DNA of 63,468 nucleotides, the filler included, from Candidatus Fermentibacterota bacterium (GTDB lineage Bacteria > JAFGKV01): NCBI GenBank assembly GCA_016928395.1. It is 11 parts of 11 records of this genome, joined end to end, with 100 filler letters (N's around TTAATTAATTAA, not from the genome) between each part and the next. Parts side by side here need not be neighbours in the genome. Positions count along the whole stretch, not along the records: positions 32,064 to 38,327 come from JAFGKV010000332.1; positions 38,428 to 42,662 come from JAFGKV010000333.1; positions 42,763 to 52,376 come from JAFGKV010000334.1; 8 more parts are not named here. One strand, 5' to 3'. Below the pieces are notes generated by a model. The model had not been told where the DNA came from, made no database searches, and saw only the letters and a list, made by a program, of their open reading frames with translations. Below are positions 32,979 to 42,844 of the stretch, one piece after another; within the stretch, counting starts at the first letter, position 1; every line of letters starts with the position of its first letter. A program made the position numbers and the translations under genes.

Positions 32979-33102
32979 AAGGACCCTCGAATCCCTTGCA
33001 GCACAACGGTCAAAGAGAATCGATATCAGTAAGTGTGAAGCTCGGGCCAGGCGTCCGTAGGGCAGGGTGCAGAGACCCGCCGATCGTGCGGAGGATGGGC
33101 AT

Positions 33103-33566
33103 ATGCGACCGATCAAGATCGTCATCGAGAAGCACGCCGACGGCTGTGTGGCCTATCCGGTCGGGGTGAAGGGGGTAGTTGTCGGCGAGGGCGACACCTA
33201 CGAGGAAGCACTGAGGGATGTGCAGTCGGCCCTGAGGTTTCACGTGGAGACCTTCGGTGTGGAATCACTCTCCACCGATGAGGGTCCGGTGCTGGAGGCA
33301 TTCGTCGCCGAAGTGGTCGTGGAGGCCGTGCCCTCCTTTCCCGTAGATGCACCCAAAGCCAGGGTGCCGCGCGCATTTGGTGTGCTCGGGTTTGAGGTCG
33401 TCCGCGAACGCGAACACAGCGCACTCAGGCGATTGGACCCGGGCGGGTCCATCACCCGATGACCATCCCGAACCACTCCCATATCAAGGGCTCGACGCTG
33501 CGGATGATCTGCCGTCAGGCAGACATCGAGAGGGATGCGTTCCTCAAGGCGTACGAAGCCTCCTAA
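33103..33566 (+). pseudogene. hicB/hicA: HicB antitoxin read through into HicA toxin; HicA frameshifted near 33457
   Basis: IVIEKH...GDTYEEAL; PSFPVDAPK...GFEVVRE; other frame MTIPNHSHIKGSTLRMICRQA. Confidence 0.75.
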
Positions 33567-34016
33567 GACTGTTCCGAGGCTGGCCGGCCTTCCTTTCCGC
33601 CAGATCCTTGCCCCCTGCCTCGCGCGCCCGAACTTGGCCCACGAGAATGATGGATGGGGTGTGTCTCTGGAATGCGGAGTGGTGATCCCATGACCCGTTC
33701 TTCCTGGCCTGACCTGAATCCCGCGACGACTCTCGCCTCAGGGCTCGTTCTCTTATTCCTGTCGTCATACCCCTCCGCCGGCGCCCAGCCCTCGGATTGG
33801 CAATTCGAACTCGTGGACAACGGGAAGCACATCACTATTCCAATATGAGTCGTCATGTCGGGCGGGGGCGACACCCTGAGAGGATGAAAATGGCGCTGCA
33901 GCTTGCACTGCAAGCCATCGAGCAGCGTCGGGAACACCGCCTGTTCACGTATTTACGAAGCAGAATAGTGGCGTTGCGCGTGCTCGCTGGCCTCAATGCG
34001 AAGACTGAAGCGCGCG

Positions 34017-34940
34017 CTACCTGACGGTGGAACGTATGGTGAGCGGTACGGCCCGCTCCTCCAGTTCCTCCAAAGTGCGGGGCCAATCCTTCTTCAGGAG
34101 TCTGGAGAGTGAGCGGTCGGCCAGGAGTCTTCCCCCGGTCTGGCAATGGGCACAGTAGTGTGTCTCGGTCTGGGCGTACCGGATGCGCTGGACCGGCGAC
34201 CCACAGTCAGGACATGGCTTCCCGTAGCGACCGTGCACGGCCATTCCCGAACGGGACGCCGTGATCTTGTCGGGAAACTCCCCACCTGCCTCTTTGCGAA
34301 GTCGATTCGTCCACTCCGCCAGCGTATTCTGCGCCGCCTCGAAGAAGCGCTGGCAATCCTGTTCAGTCAGGCGCTGGGTCAGCGCCACGGGAGACAGCCT
34401 GGCCCGGTGCAGGATCTCGTCGGAGTAGGCATTGCCGATGCCGCTGAACAGGGCCGGATCGGTGAGTGCCCGCTTCAGCGTATGGTTCTGGGAGGCAAGC
34501 ACGCGCCGAAAGGAATCGAAATCGGTATCGAGGATCTCGAGTCCGCCACGGTCGAATGCCCGGACGGCATCGTGACCGCGGACGATGTACAGAGACGCCC
34601 GCTTCTTGGTACCGAACTCGGTGAGCGAGAGTGTCCCGCTGGAGAAGGTAAAGACGACAAGGTGTCCGCGCCCCTTGGGCGCAAGGCCCGGCTGGTGCCA
34701 GTGCAGTCTGCCGCCGAGCATCAGGTGCAGAACAAGCCACACATCACCATCGAGCCCGATGGCGAGGCGCTTGCCGACCCGCCGGATACCCCGGACGACC
34801 CGTCCTTCGACCTCCCAGGGCGCAGGCTCAACGCTCCGCAGCAGGAACGGGTGGCGCAGTTCCACCTTCTCCAGCGTCTCACCCTGGATACGGGCAGTCA
34901 GCGCCTCGACGTAGATTTCGAGCTCGGGGAGTTCAGGCAT
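34017..34940 (-). CDS. Fpg/Nei-family DNA glycosylase
   Basis: MPELPE, RRVGK, HLM, GIGNAYSDE, CPDC..CAHC zinc finger. Confidence 0.92.
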   Translation of the reverse strand: MPELPELEIYVEALTARIQGETLEKVELRHPFLLRSVEPAPWEVEGRVVRGIRRVGKRLAIGLDGDVWLVLHLMLGGRLHWHQPGLAPKGRGHLVVFTFSSGTLSLTEFGTKKRASLYIVRGHDAVRAFDRGGLEILDTDFDSFRRVLASQNHTLKRALTDPALFSGIGNAYSDEILHRARLSPVALTQRLTEQDCQRFFEAAQNTLAEWTNRLRKEAGGEFPDKITASRSGMAVHGRYGKPCPDCGSPVQRIRYAQTETHYCAHCQTGGRLLADRSLSRLLKKDWPRTLEELEERAVPLTIRSTVR

Positions 34941-35241
34941 GGCTGGCCGCCTTCGTGGGGCGTGAACGTGGGGAAGTGGATCGTATGGCGGGCAAGGAGC
35001 ATAGATTGCGGTACTATGGCAATAGCATGAGACGCAAGGCGGCCAGCCACTGACGGCAGGTTGGAGCGTCCCGCTTATGCCGTGGCGGCTGGTACATCCG
35101 CCCGCCCAGCGGGCGCCAAACCCCCTGATGACTCCGGGCAACTCCGAACTCCAAAACCGAGCCGAAAGCCAAGAGCCGAGAGTCGAGAGCCGCCGCGAAG
35201 GACCGTAGGGTGGGTCAGCCGGCAGCGTAACCGAACAAAGG

Positions 35242-36033
35242 CTACGGGGCGCCTTCCTCTCCTGTGTTCGTGTCTATCTCCTCCAACAGCCGGTTGAACA
35301 GCTCCTCGGCCCGGTGACGAAGTGCGCCGATTCCTTCCAGTGATCTGGGCAGCAGGAGCGACTCGATCTCGCGCCGCACTGCGTCAGGGAGGTCGCGGTC
35401 GAAGTAGCGGAATCCGTAGTCGAAGCGGTCGGGGCAGTGGCGCATTCGTGCCAGTTCTACCAAGGGTCGAAGCGTGCATGCAAAGTAGGAATACCACGCA
35501 TCCGCGAGGTCGCCCCGGAAGACAGCCTTCAGCACGAACGACTGGAAGAGGGGGAAGATCTCTCGAAGCGCCTCGATCCGGCGCATCATCTTGGCCTTGT
35601 GCGCGGTCCAGTCGAACGGGGCTGGTTTTACCAGGCCATCCTTGTCAAAGAGGACCAGTTGGTCTCCATGACGCTCTGGCTCCAGAAACCACCCGCCACT
35701 GCTGCGCTTCATCACCACGTAGTCAAGCAAGTGGCACGGATCCGCGTCACGGAGGCTGATGAACTCCTGGAGATGACCGTGGGGGGTAGGCTCGGGAAGC
35801 CGATAGCGATGGGCGATGGGGCCCAACCGGGCCAGGGCCGAGATGACCGTATCCGCGGTCTGCTCCACGGCATGGTCCTCCACTATGAGGAGCAGATCCA
35901 CGTCTGACCACTGATCGGTGCGGCCCGTGGCATCGCTTCCTCCCAGCCACGCGGCCCGCACGTACTCCCGCGGCTTTAGATCCTTCTTCAGCGTCTCGAT
36001 GATGGCGTCTCGCGAGATCAGGTATGCCGTCAC
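35242..36033 (-). CDS. Nucleotidyltransferase-domain protein
   Basis: WLGGS..G..DQWSDVDL. Confidence 0.8.
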   Translation of the reverse strand: MTAYLISRDAIIETLKKDLKPREYVRAAWLGGSDATGRTDQWSDVDLLLIVEDHAVEQTADTVISALARLGPIAHRYRLPEPTPHGHLQEFISLRDADPCHLLDYVVMKRSSGGWFLEPERHGDQLVLFDKDGLVKPAPFDWTAHKAKMMRRIEALREIFPLFQSFVLKAVFRGDLADAWYSYFACTLRPLVELARMRHCPDRFDYGFRYFDRDLPDAVRREIESLLLPRSLEGIGALRHRAEELFNRLLEEIDTNTGEEGAP

Positions 36034-36525
36034 GACTTGTACAACCCTCCCCGTATCGCCCCTAGGGGGACCGATGCGGCGCTATCTGTGCCTCACCGCT
36101 ACGCTACGGCAAAGCCCGCCTACAATTCCCGCATCTTGAGCCCTCGTACCGCCAGCCAGACCGAGACCGCAAGAATCAGGGCAAGCGGGAGTGCCCAGAC
36201 CATCTGGATCTCGATCCGCGTCTTGACCACACTGCATGACCCACCGCGACATCGCTGAGCCCATCGGCCAGAGCCACATGAATCGCCGCATCTGGTGATG
36301 TCGACGATGGTGATCCGATCGAGCATCGTGGAACACGACTGCTGTGCTCGACATCAAAGCCTGGAGAGAAAAATGTGAAGTGAAGGGCATCTGTCCAGTG
36401 GCAGCCTCATTCCCAAATCTTCCCGGCGGTTTTCGCAGAGTCCAAGCCTGCGGGCAGGTGGCTGCGGCTCCGTGATGAGTGGCCAATTGAGCCACGCCAG
36501 TGTCGCACGGGCACTCACGGGAGGG

Positions 36526-37527
36526 CTACAGGCAAGCCGCCAGCGTGGCGAACTCGAACTCCACGTATGAGATATCGCGTTCGATACGTTCCTTGCGGCC
36601 ATCCATGAATCGTGCGACCCAGGAATCGGTGAGATGCTCGACATCGAAGCTGCGGTGGATCACGGCGTAAAGATCGATCTCGCGGAGCTTCAAAAACCAC
36701 GGGACCTCCCCCAACCACCGTGGATCAAGGCGATTCTCGGTTCGATACCCTTCCAGGAAACGCGGCATGAACCGGCCGCAGACAGAGGCCGGCTCTGGAT
36801 GATTCGTGATCATGTAGAAGAGCACGATGGCGATATCGTACATGAACCATCCGTAGGAGCAGTCATCGAAGTCAAACAGCGTGATGCGGCCCTCCTGGTC
36901 TACCAGCAGGTTGGATCCGTGGGCATCGAAGTGGATCAGGCCGTAGTCATCTCGCCCTTTGGACAGGGTCCCAAGGTGACTGAGTACCTCTGTATAGCGA
37001 GCGACGACCCGCTCCTGGCCGGGCGGGAGGTTTGCCACGATGTCCTGAATCTCGGGATTATCCCACTCCGGCCGTTTCCACGCGGGGTTGGGCGGCAGGT
37101 AATCCTTGGTCAGGCGATGCATACGCCCGATCAGGCGACCATAGGTCTGATATAGCTCAGGTGACCATCCCATCTCCCATGGCGGCTTCCCTTGGGCCTT
37201 CACGAAGGCGGCAGCCAGGAACTGCCCGCCGTGCCCATCGTCGAGAGGCTCCACCAGGTTCCCGTGAGCCGATTCCACTGCCCGGGCCACGGACACGCCG
37301 CCCCGCGCCAGGTAGTTGATCCAATCCACCTCGCCGTGAATCAGGTTCTCGTTCCGTCGGGATGCATGACCGATCCGCAGGATATAGGACGCGGGGCCAC
37401 GGCTGAACTCGTAGATGAAGCTCTCAAATCCGCCCAGCTCTCGGATGCCATCCTCAACGATGCCGAAGCGTTGCATCGCTTCGCGCAGGATATCCTTGTT
37501 GAATCGGGCCTTGATCAGCTTGTCCGT
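36526..37527 (-). CDS. APH/choline kinase-like phosphotransferase; probable start is ACG at 37527 (first ATG at 37476)
   Basis: ILRI, HFDAHGSN, LFDFDD, YDIA. Confidence 0.85.
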   Translation of the reverse strand, partial: TDKLIKARFNKDILREAMQRFGIVEDGIRELGGFESFIYEFSRGPASYILRIGHASRRNENLIHGEVDWINYLARGGVSVARAVESAHGNLVEPLDDGHGGQFLAAAFVKAQGKPPWEMGWSPELYQTYGRLIGRMHRLTKDYLPPNPAWKRPEWDNPEIQDIVANLPPGQERVVARYTEVLSHLGTLSKGRDDYGLIHFDAHGSNLLVDQEGRITLFDFDDCSYGWFMYDIAIVLFYMITNHPEPASVCGRFMPRFLEGYRTENRLDPRWLGEVPWFLKLREIDLYAVIHRSFDVEHLTDSWVARFMDGRKERIERDISYVEFEFATLAACL

Positions 37528-37595
37528 TGGGGTGTTCCTCTGCGGAGATTAACTCTGGTTATGGTGCGTTGCTAGCACAGCCCGCGCGTGTGACG

Positions 37596-38327
37596 CTATA
37601 TCTGGCTTGCCCCCACGCTGTCGAATTCGTCTTGAATGGCCGGCGAGGGCGGACGGCACATCAGACTGATGCCAATGATGGCGATGACCGAGAAGGCGAA
37701 GCCCGGGACAATCTCGTACATCTCGAAGATCCCGCCATGGAGCTGCTTCCAGATAAGAACCGTGACGCCTCCGACTATCAGCCCAGCCATGGCCCCGTTT
37801 CGGGTCATACGTTTCCAGAACAGGGAGAGGATGATGACGGGTCCGAAGGTGGCGCCAAAGCCTCCCCATGCATAGGCCACGAGGCGCAGCACGCTGCTGT
37901 CGGGATTCAGGCCTATCAGGAATGCAGCGACGGCGACGCCCAGGACCGCGAAACGGCCAACCCACACCAGCTCCCGATCGGTCGCGCTCGGTCGCAGCAG
38001 CACCCGGTAGAAATCCTCGGTGATGGCCGACGAAGTGACCAGAAGCTGCGAGTCTGCCGTGCTCATGACCGCCGCCAGGATGGCCGAGAGCACGATCCCG
38101 GCGATCAACGGATGCACGATGTCGTGCACCATCACCATGAACACCGTCTCCGAGCCTCCTGCGCCCAGCCTGTCACCCAAGTAGACGCGACCCACCATTC
38201 CCACCACGACCGCGAACCAGAGGCAGATGATGACCCACACCATGGCGATGCGCCGGGCCTGCTTTATCTGCGCCGAAGACTTCACCGCCATGAACCGGGC
38301 GAGGATATGGGGCTGGCCGAAGTAGCC
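37596..38327 (-). CDS. putP: Sodium/proline symporter (5'-partial)
   Basis: GYFGQPHILARFMA, AAVMSTADSQLL, AWGGFGATFGP, YEIVPGF. Confidence 0.92.
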   Translation of the reverse strand, partial: GYFGQPHILARFMAVKSSAQIKQARRIAMVWVIICLWFAVVVGMVGRVYLGDRLGAGGSETVFMVMVHDIVHPLIAGIVLSAILAAVMSTADSQLLVTSSAITEDFYRVLLRPSATDRELVWVGRFAVLGVAVAAFLIGLNPDSSVLRLVAYAWGGFGATFGPVIILSLFWKRMTRNGAMAGLIVGGVTVLIWKQLHGGIFEMYEIVPGFAFSVIAIIGISLMCRPPSPAIQDEFDSVGASQI

Positions 38328-38841
38328 NNNNNNNNNNNNNNNNNNNNNNNNNNNNNNNNNNNNNNNNNNNNTTAATTAATTAANNNNNNNNNNNNNNNNN
38401 NNNNNNNNNNNNNNNNNNNNNNNNNNNATCCCGCCGCGCCGATCCCAACCGTCACACGGCGGGCTGGATCACCTGGTCGCCGATCGGTGGATCAGTCCGA
38501 GGCCGACGCTGAAGGCGAGACGGAACACGCTCGCTGGGTGCAAGCCCTCGCCACGCTCGAGCCCTCCAATCAACTCATCGTATCGACAGGCTCTGCGGCC
38601 GTGCTGGAGGTCGCGAGACCGCGCGTGGTGTTGCGACGAGTCGCCCCTCGGCACTCGGTATCGTCGTCCCGCCAGGCTCCAGACTCTTCGGCTCTGGTCG
38701 ATGCAAGCCTGGCCAAGAACTGGGCCGCAGGAGCTTCCACTCCGGAAGCTCGACACAACGCGGTGGAGACCTGGGGGTCGTCGTTTCCATCGGGGCCTTC
38801 CCCTGGGCGTAAGCCCTGAGCCCGCCGTCGTTGGGATTCGA

Positions 38842-39396
38842 TCAGAACGCCGTTGCCGCGATAATGGTTGCGGGTTGTGCGATGGCAACGCCCAGTGCCA
38901 GTATGCCCATCAAGCCGTACGGGGTGATGCGCCTCGCTGGGTAGATCAGCAGCGTGATGCCTAGGAGCTCCTCCGGACCGCATGGAGGCAGCTCGCTCGG
39001 AAGGATGCGGTACGCCTCTCCGCCATTCGCCGAGAACCGGCCGTACTGAGTGTAGATCCAGCCGAAAGAGTGGTACTGCACCGGCCACCGCTGCTTTGTC
39101 ACCGGGACGCCCCGCCCACCAGCATCCTGGACCCAAAGAGAGAGATGAAGCGAATGGGAGAGCAGCCTGCGCATTGGGCCCTTCCCACCGAGGATCGGGC
39201 TGAACGCACGGCAAAAAACATAGATTTCCTTTGCTCCCGTTGCGAGTCGTGGAAGTTCCATGCTTGGACTCAGTTGAACACTCGCTTCGGGGCGAACGTG
39301 CATGCGCCAGGCAATCGCAATGAAGGCTGTGAGCGCGAGCGCCCACCCCAGCGCAGCGGCGGCCACCAGGGCCCAGTAAAGTAGGATCGAAAGCAT
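38842..39396 (-). CDS. Hypothetical membrane protein downstream of the PAAR operon
   Basis: TM segments at both ends; co-oriented with the PAAR genes. Confidence 0.45.
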   Translation of the reverse strand: MLSILLYWALVAAAALGWALALTAFIAIAWRMHVRPEASVQLSPSMELPRLATGAKEIYVFCRAFSPILGGKGPMRRLLSHSLHLSLWVQDAGGRGVPVTKQRWPVQYHSFGWIYTQYGRFSANGGEAYRILPSELPPCGPEELLGITLLIYPARRITPYGLMGILALGVAIAQPATIIAATAF

Positions 39397-39444
39397 TGTC
39401 GCCAGTTCCGCTTTGGTTCCTTCCGCGGGGAACGCTGAGCCTTG

Positions 39445-40521
39445 TCAAGGTTCATAGGGGACGATCGGGTCTGCCGTCTCGAGGGTCTCACAGAGAACCG
39501 ACAGCGCCAGATCATTGATCGCCCAAGCCAAACACGATATCTCCCCCGCCACTCCCGCAAGCGAAGCCACGAAAAAGCAGTCCTGCCGCTCGGCAATGAT
39601 CAACACCACATCGCAAGGGATCCTCCCGTGAGGCGTTTGGCGCACAAATTCTCCGCGGGCACGAAGAACGCGCTCCAATCCACCGAAGCCGTCCGCGGTT
39701 TCCAGCTCGAGCGTCCCGCCCGCGTAGCCCTGCTCAGTGAGATTGCTGGTGACCAGTGCTTGCAGGGAGGCCGAATCATGACCAGTCGATCGTGAAATCG
39801 TGGAGAACGTGACCTGGCCCGGCTGGCTCTCCCCCATCTTGTTCTGCAAGCAGACGGTATAGGCGTCAGTGTAACCCTGTTCGCTGAGTCTCCAGGACTG
39901 CGGACAGTAGAAAAGGAAGTCCCCCGGTGCCCCACGACTGTGAGCTCTGAGCGTCTCCGTGTAGGGCAAGTCTCCCGGATTGGCGAGCTCAAGACTAGCG
40001 TGTGCATACGACAAGGATTTGATACACGAAGGGTAGTCCTGAAGCCGGGTTCTGGTCAGTGCCACCCAGAGCCTCCCCCCTTCCCTGTGCCCGTCCTTGA
40101 CTGCACTCCAGCGAGAGATGACCGCGCCTTTGGGTCCCTCCGCAGCGGTCAAGAACTCGGACGAAAGCCCCTTCGGGGTGAGTTGGTCGCGACGCTCGAC
40201 GATGTTCTCGTCAAGGAGTTCGAGGAGGATCTCGAGCCAGTGGGAGGGCGCCACTTCAGGGAATAGTGGAAAGACCGACACCTCGAGCTCGGCGGCCGGC
40301 GCCTGGGTGTTCCTGAAGAGGCCCAGCACCGCGTGCGGACAACCGGGACCCGAGTCGTGAGGTGGAATGTCCACCGGCAACCAGGTTCTCGGGACAACCA
40401 CTCGATAGTGCAGACTATCCCAGTTGCTCCGTCGATCCACGAACCACCAGTACTGATCCACCGAACTGGCGACAAACTCTGGTGGTGTCTCTGGAAACGG
40501 CAGTGGACTACCTGTACCCAC
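39445..40521 (-). CDS. Hypothetical T6SS-associated protein, possibly tandem DcrB/DUF1795-like
   Basis: Starts 2 bp after the PAAR stop; two halves opening with VVPRTW and YCPQSW. Confidence 0.6.
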   Translation of the reverse strand: MGTGSPLPFPETPPEFVASSVDQYWWFVDRRSNWDSLHYRVVVPRTWLPVDIPPHDSGPGCPHAVLGLFRNTQAPAAELEVSVFPLFPEVAPSHWLEILLELLDENIVERRDQLTPKGLSSEFLTAAEGPKGAVISRWSAVKDGHREGGRLWVALTRTRLQDYPSCIKSLSYAHASLELANPGDLPYTETLRAHSRGAPGDFLFYCPQSWRLSEQGYTDAYTVCLQNKMGESQPGQVTFSTISRSTGHDSASLQALVTSNLTEQGYAGGTLELETADGFGGLERVLRARGEFVRQTPHGRIPCDVVLIIAERQDCFFVASLAGVAGEISCLAWAINDLALSVLCETLETADPIVPYEP

Positions 40522-40523
40522 GA

Positions 40524-41636
40524 CTAGTCTCCGATCAGAACGAGTGGGAACCCAGTGGCAATCTTGTTCGGGATCCCTTCCGGTGGTCTTCCCGCCCCCG
40601 CACCTCCAGGGCTGTCGGTTGGCTCGGTAAAAGGACCAATACTGAAGTCAATGTCCACGCTCAAGCCTTGGATTGCGCCCGCCCCCTTGATGTGAAATCG
40701 CCCGTCCTTTCGACTATAGTAAATGCCCGCTTCGCCCGAAGCACCGAACCCTCCGTAAGTGTACCCGACGTCGGTGTCTGAGGTGGCGGAGATGCCCGTG
40801 AAGGGTAACTTGATCTCGATGTCGGGCAGTCCCGGTGGACTGCCCTTGACGCCTGCGACGCCACCGCCCGCCTTGGCCCTGGCATTAATGCCAATGTCGG
40901 TGCCGTCATCGCCCAGCTGCCCGCTGATTTCGACGCCTGCATTGCCAAATATACCCTCCCCGTCCCACTTTGCGTTACCGAGCGGGGTACAGACCTCGAC
41001 CTCTCCCTTGCCCTTGACACCATCTGCCTCGGCGACAGCGCCGGCGCCGCCCCCGAATCCATCCGTGCCCGTCTCCATGTCTCCACTGCTCGCGCGCGCT
41101 TCTGCCCGACCGTGTACGAAGTCCCCCTCCCCCTTGCCTCGAATCTTGAATCCACCCCACTCCGGGGTCTCGAATTCCCCTTTGACGCGCCCCACTCCGG
41201 CCTCGGCACGCGCCGTATCCCGAGTCCCGTCTCCATCACTGTCGACGCGTTCCCACTCCGCATGGAGGCCGTGATAGCCATCCACCTCGAGTCTCTGTTT
41301 CGACGTGCGGTTCTTCGAGTCCGTCGAGCCAACCTCTGATGGCGCTGTGAACGGCCCTCCCGGATAGATGTCCGCAGGCCTCTTCGTGGGGGGCGCTCCC
41401 TTTCCGGCGACACCCGTGAGGGCGCACCCGCAGTCGTCCAGCATGCGAGCGGCCAGCTTCCCCTCGATGTACACATTGCTGCAACTGCCGGTGATCAGGC
41501 CGGGACCATGGACGGGACATAGGTGCGGATCGCCCTTGCGTGCGGCGGGTTGACCACCGATCAATGTCTGCGTGGCCAGCCCGGTCACCGTGCCGCCGTG
41601 CAGGGTCATGTCGGTCATTCGACTTGCTGGTTTCAT
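40524..41636 (-). CDS. PAAR-domain protein with Gly/Ala-rich cargo
   Basis: PASRMTD, QPAARKGD, LAARMLD; C-terminal GFPLVLIGD. Confidence 0.88.
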   Translation of the reverse strand: MKPASRMTDMTLHGGTVTGLATQTLIGGQPAARKGDPHLCPVHGPGLITGSCSNVYIEGKLAARMLDDCGCALTGVAGKGAPPTKRPADIYPGGPFTAPSEVGSTDSKNRTSKQRLEVDGYHGLHAEWERVDSDGDGTRDTARAEAGVGRVKGEFETPEWGGFKIRGKGEGDFVHGRAEARASSGDMETGTDGFGGGAGAVAEADGVKGKGEVEVCTPLGNAKWDGEGIFGNAGVEISGQLGDDGTDIGINARAKAGGGVAGVKGSPPGLPDIEIKLPFTGISATSDTDVGYTYGGFGASGEAGIYYSRKDGRFHIKGAGAIQGLSVDIDFSIGPFTEPTDSPGGAGAGRPPEGIPNKIATGFPLVLIGD

Positions 41637-41677
41637 GGAGGATGGTTCTACAAGCTGGACGATGGATGCGGCCCCGC

Positions 41678-42662
41678 TCAGCAGTTGATCTTCACTGGGG
41701 TCCCGTTGATCTCCACGGTGGAGCCTTTGATCTTGATGGCGTTGCCTGTGATGGTGATGTTGCACCCTGGAGCTCGATCTTCGACCTCTGCACCATCACT
41801 TTGGAGCTCCCCTTCAAGAGCACTTCCTTGCAGAAGGTGTAGAAGTTCGGCGCCACGATCTGAAATACAGACGAGAGCTTCGCCCAGAAGCCCTTCGCCT
41901 CGACGAATCGAGCCGAAGCGTGCTCCAGCCCAGGTTTGCGCCATGCGGACCCAGCAGGTGCTGTGGTCGTCATCCGCTCCCTCGCGGTCCCAGTGGAACT
42001 GAACCTTGAGGCGTCCCAGCTCATCGGTGTGGATCTCTTCACCCGACGGCCCCACGACGAACGCCGTCTGCGACCCCATTACCCGTGGCTTCGGGGTGAC
42101 GAGGAGCGGCCGAACGGGGATGGTGGAGGGCACCGCCTCGAACCGGCAACTGAACGTTCCGTCCCCAGTCTTCGGAGGGAGTACCTGCAAGCTGGCCGGC
42201 CAGATCAGATACTCTCGATTGGAATCTTCCTGGGGATGATTGCTGACCTGCATCAACGCCCCTAAGTCGAGGCGAATCGAGTTGGTCCCCCCCTCTGCCA
42301 CGATGGAGCGGGTCCGGTGTGCCTCGAGTCTCCGGGTCGCGAGGCGGAGCCCCTGCTCGGGAGTCGCGTATCTTCCCGGGTAGGCGTAGATCCGGCGCTC
42401 TCCCACCATGGCAGCGTTTTCAGCGAGCGCCAGGCTGTGGCCCTCCATTCCACGGAGCGCCGGGGTCTCGTGGTTGTAGTTCCGGACCATGCTCTCGTTG
42501 GGGGAAACACCCGAAGCGAAATGGAGTCTCTGGATGTGGTCCTCATCGCCGAGATGTGCTCCCTCGTTAAAATTGATTTGGGAGCGGCTCCTTTGCGACG
42601 GTGGAATTCGCCGAGCAATGGGCTACTTGATGCGCCTCAAGCGCGTGGTCGGGATGGGATTC
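41678..42662 (-). pseudogene. vgrG: Degenerate VgrG (TssI): internal deletion, stops and frameshifts
   Basis: QTAFVVGPSGEEIHTDELGRLKVQFHWDR, CWVRMAQTWAG, then an abrupt jump to the terminal beta-helix. Confidence 0.8.
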
Positions 42663-42844
42663 NNNNNNNNNNNNNNNNNNNNNNNNNNNNNNNNNNNNNN
42701 NNNNNNTTAATTAATTAANNNNNNNNNNNNNNNNNNNNNNNNNNNNNNNNNNNNNNNNNNNNCTCGTTTCTGACAGTCGGCACCGGAGCCGAGTCTCGCC
42801 CGGCATAGAAGATCAGCGCCATGCTCACCATGGAGGGATAGCGT

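Noticed and set aside
36082-36495. Short ORFs between the nucleotidyltransferase and kinase genes
   Set aside because: One hydrophobic patch only; perhaps a gene remnant, but not assignable.
38428-38819. Plus-strand ORF at the contig edge
   Set aside because: No recognisable motif; coding status unclear.
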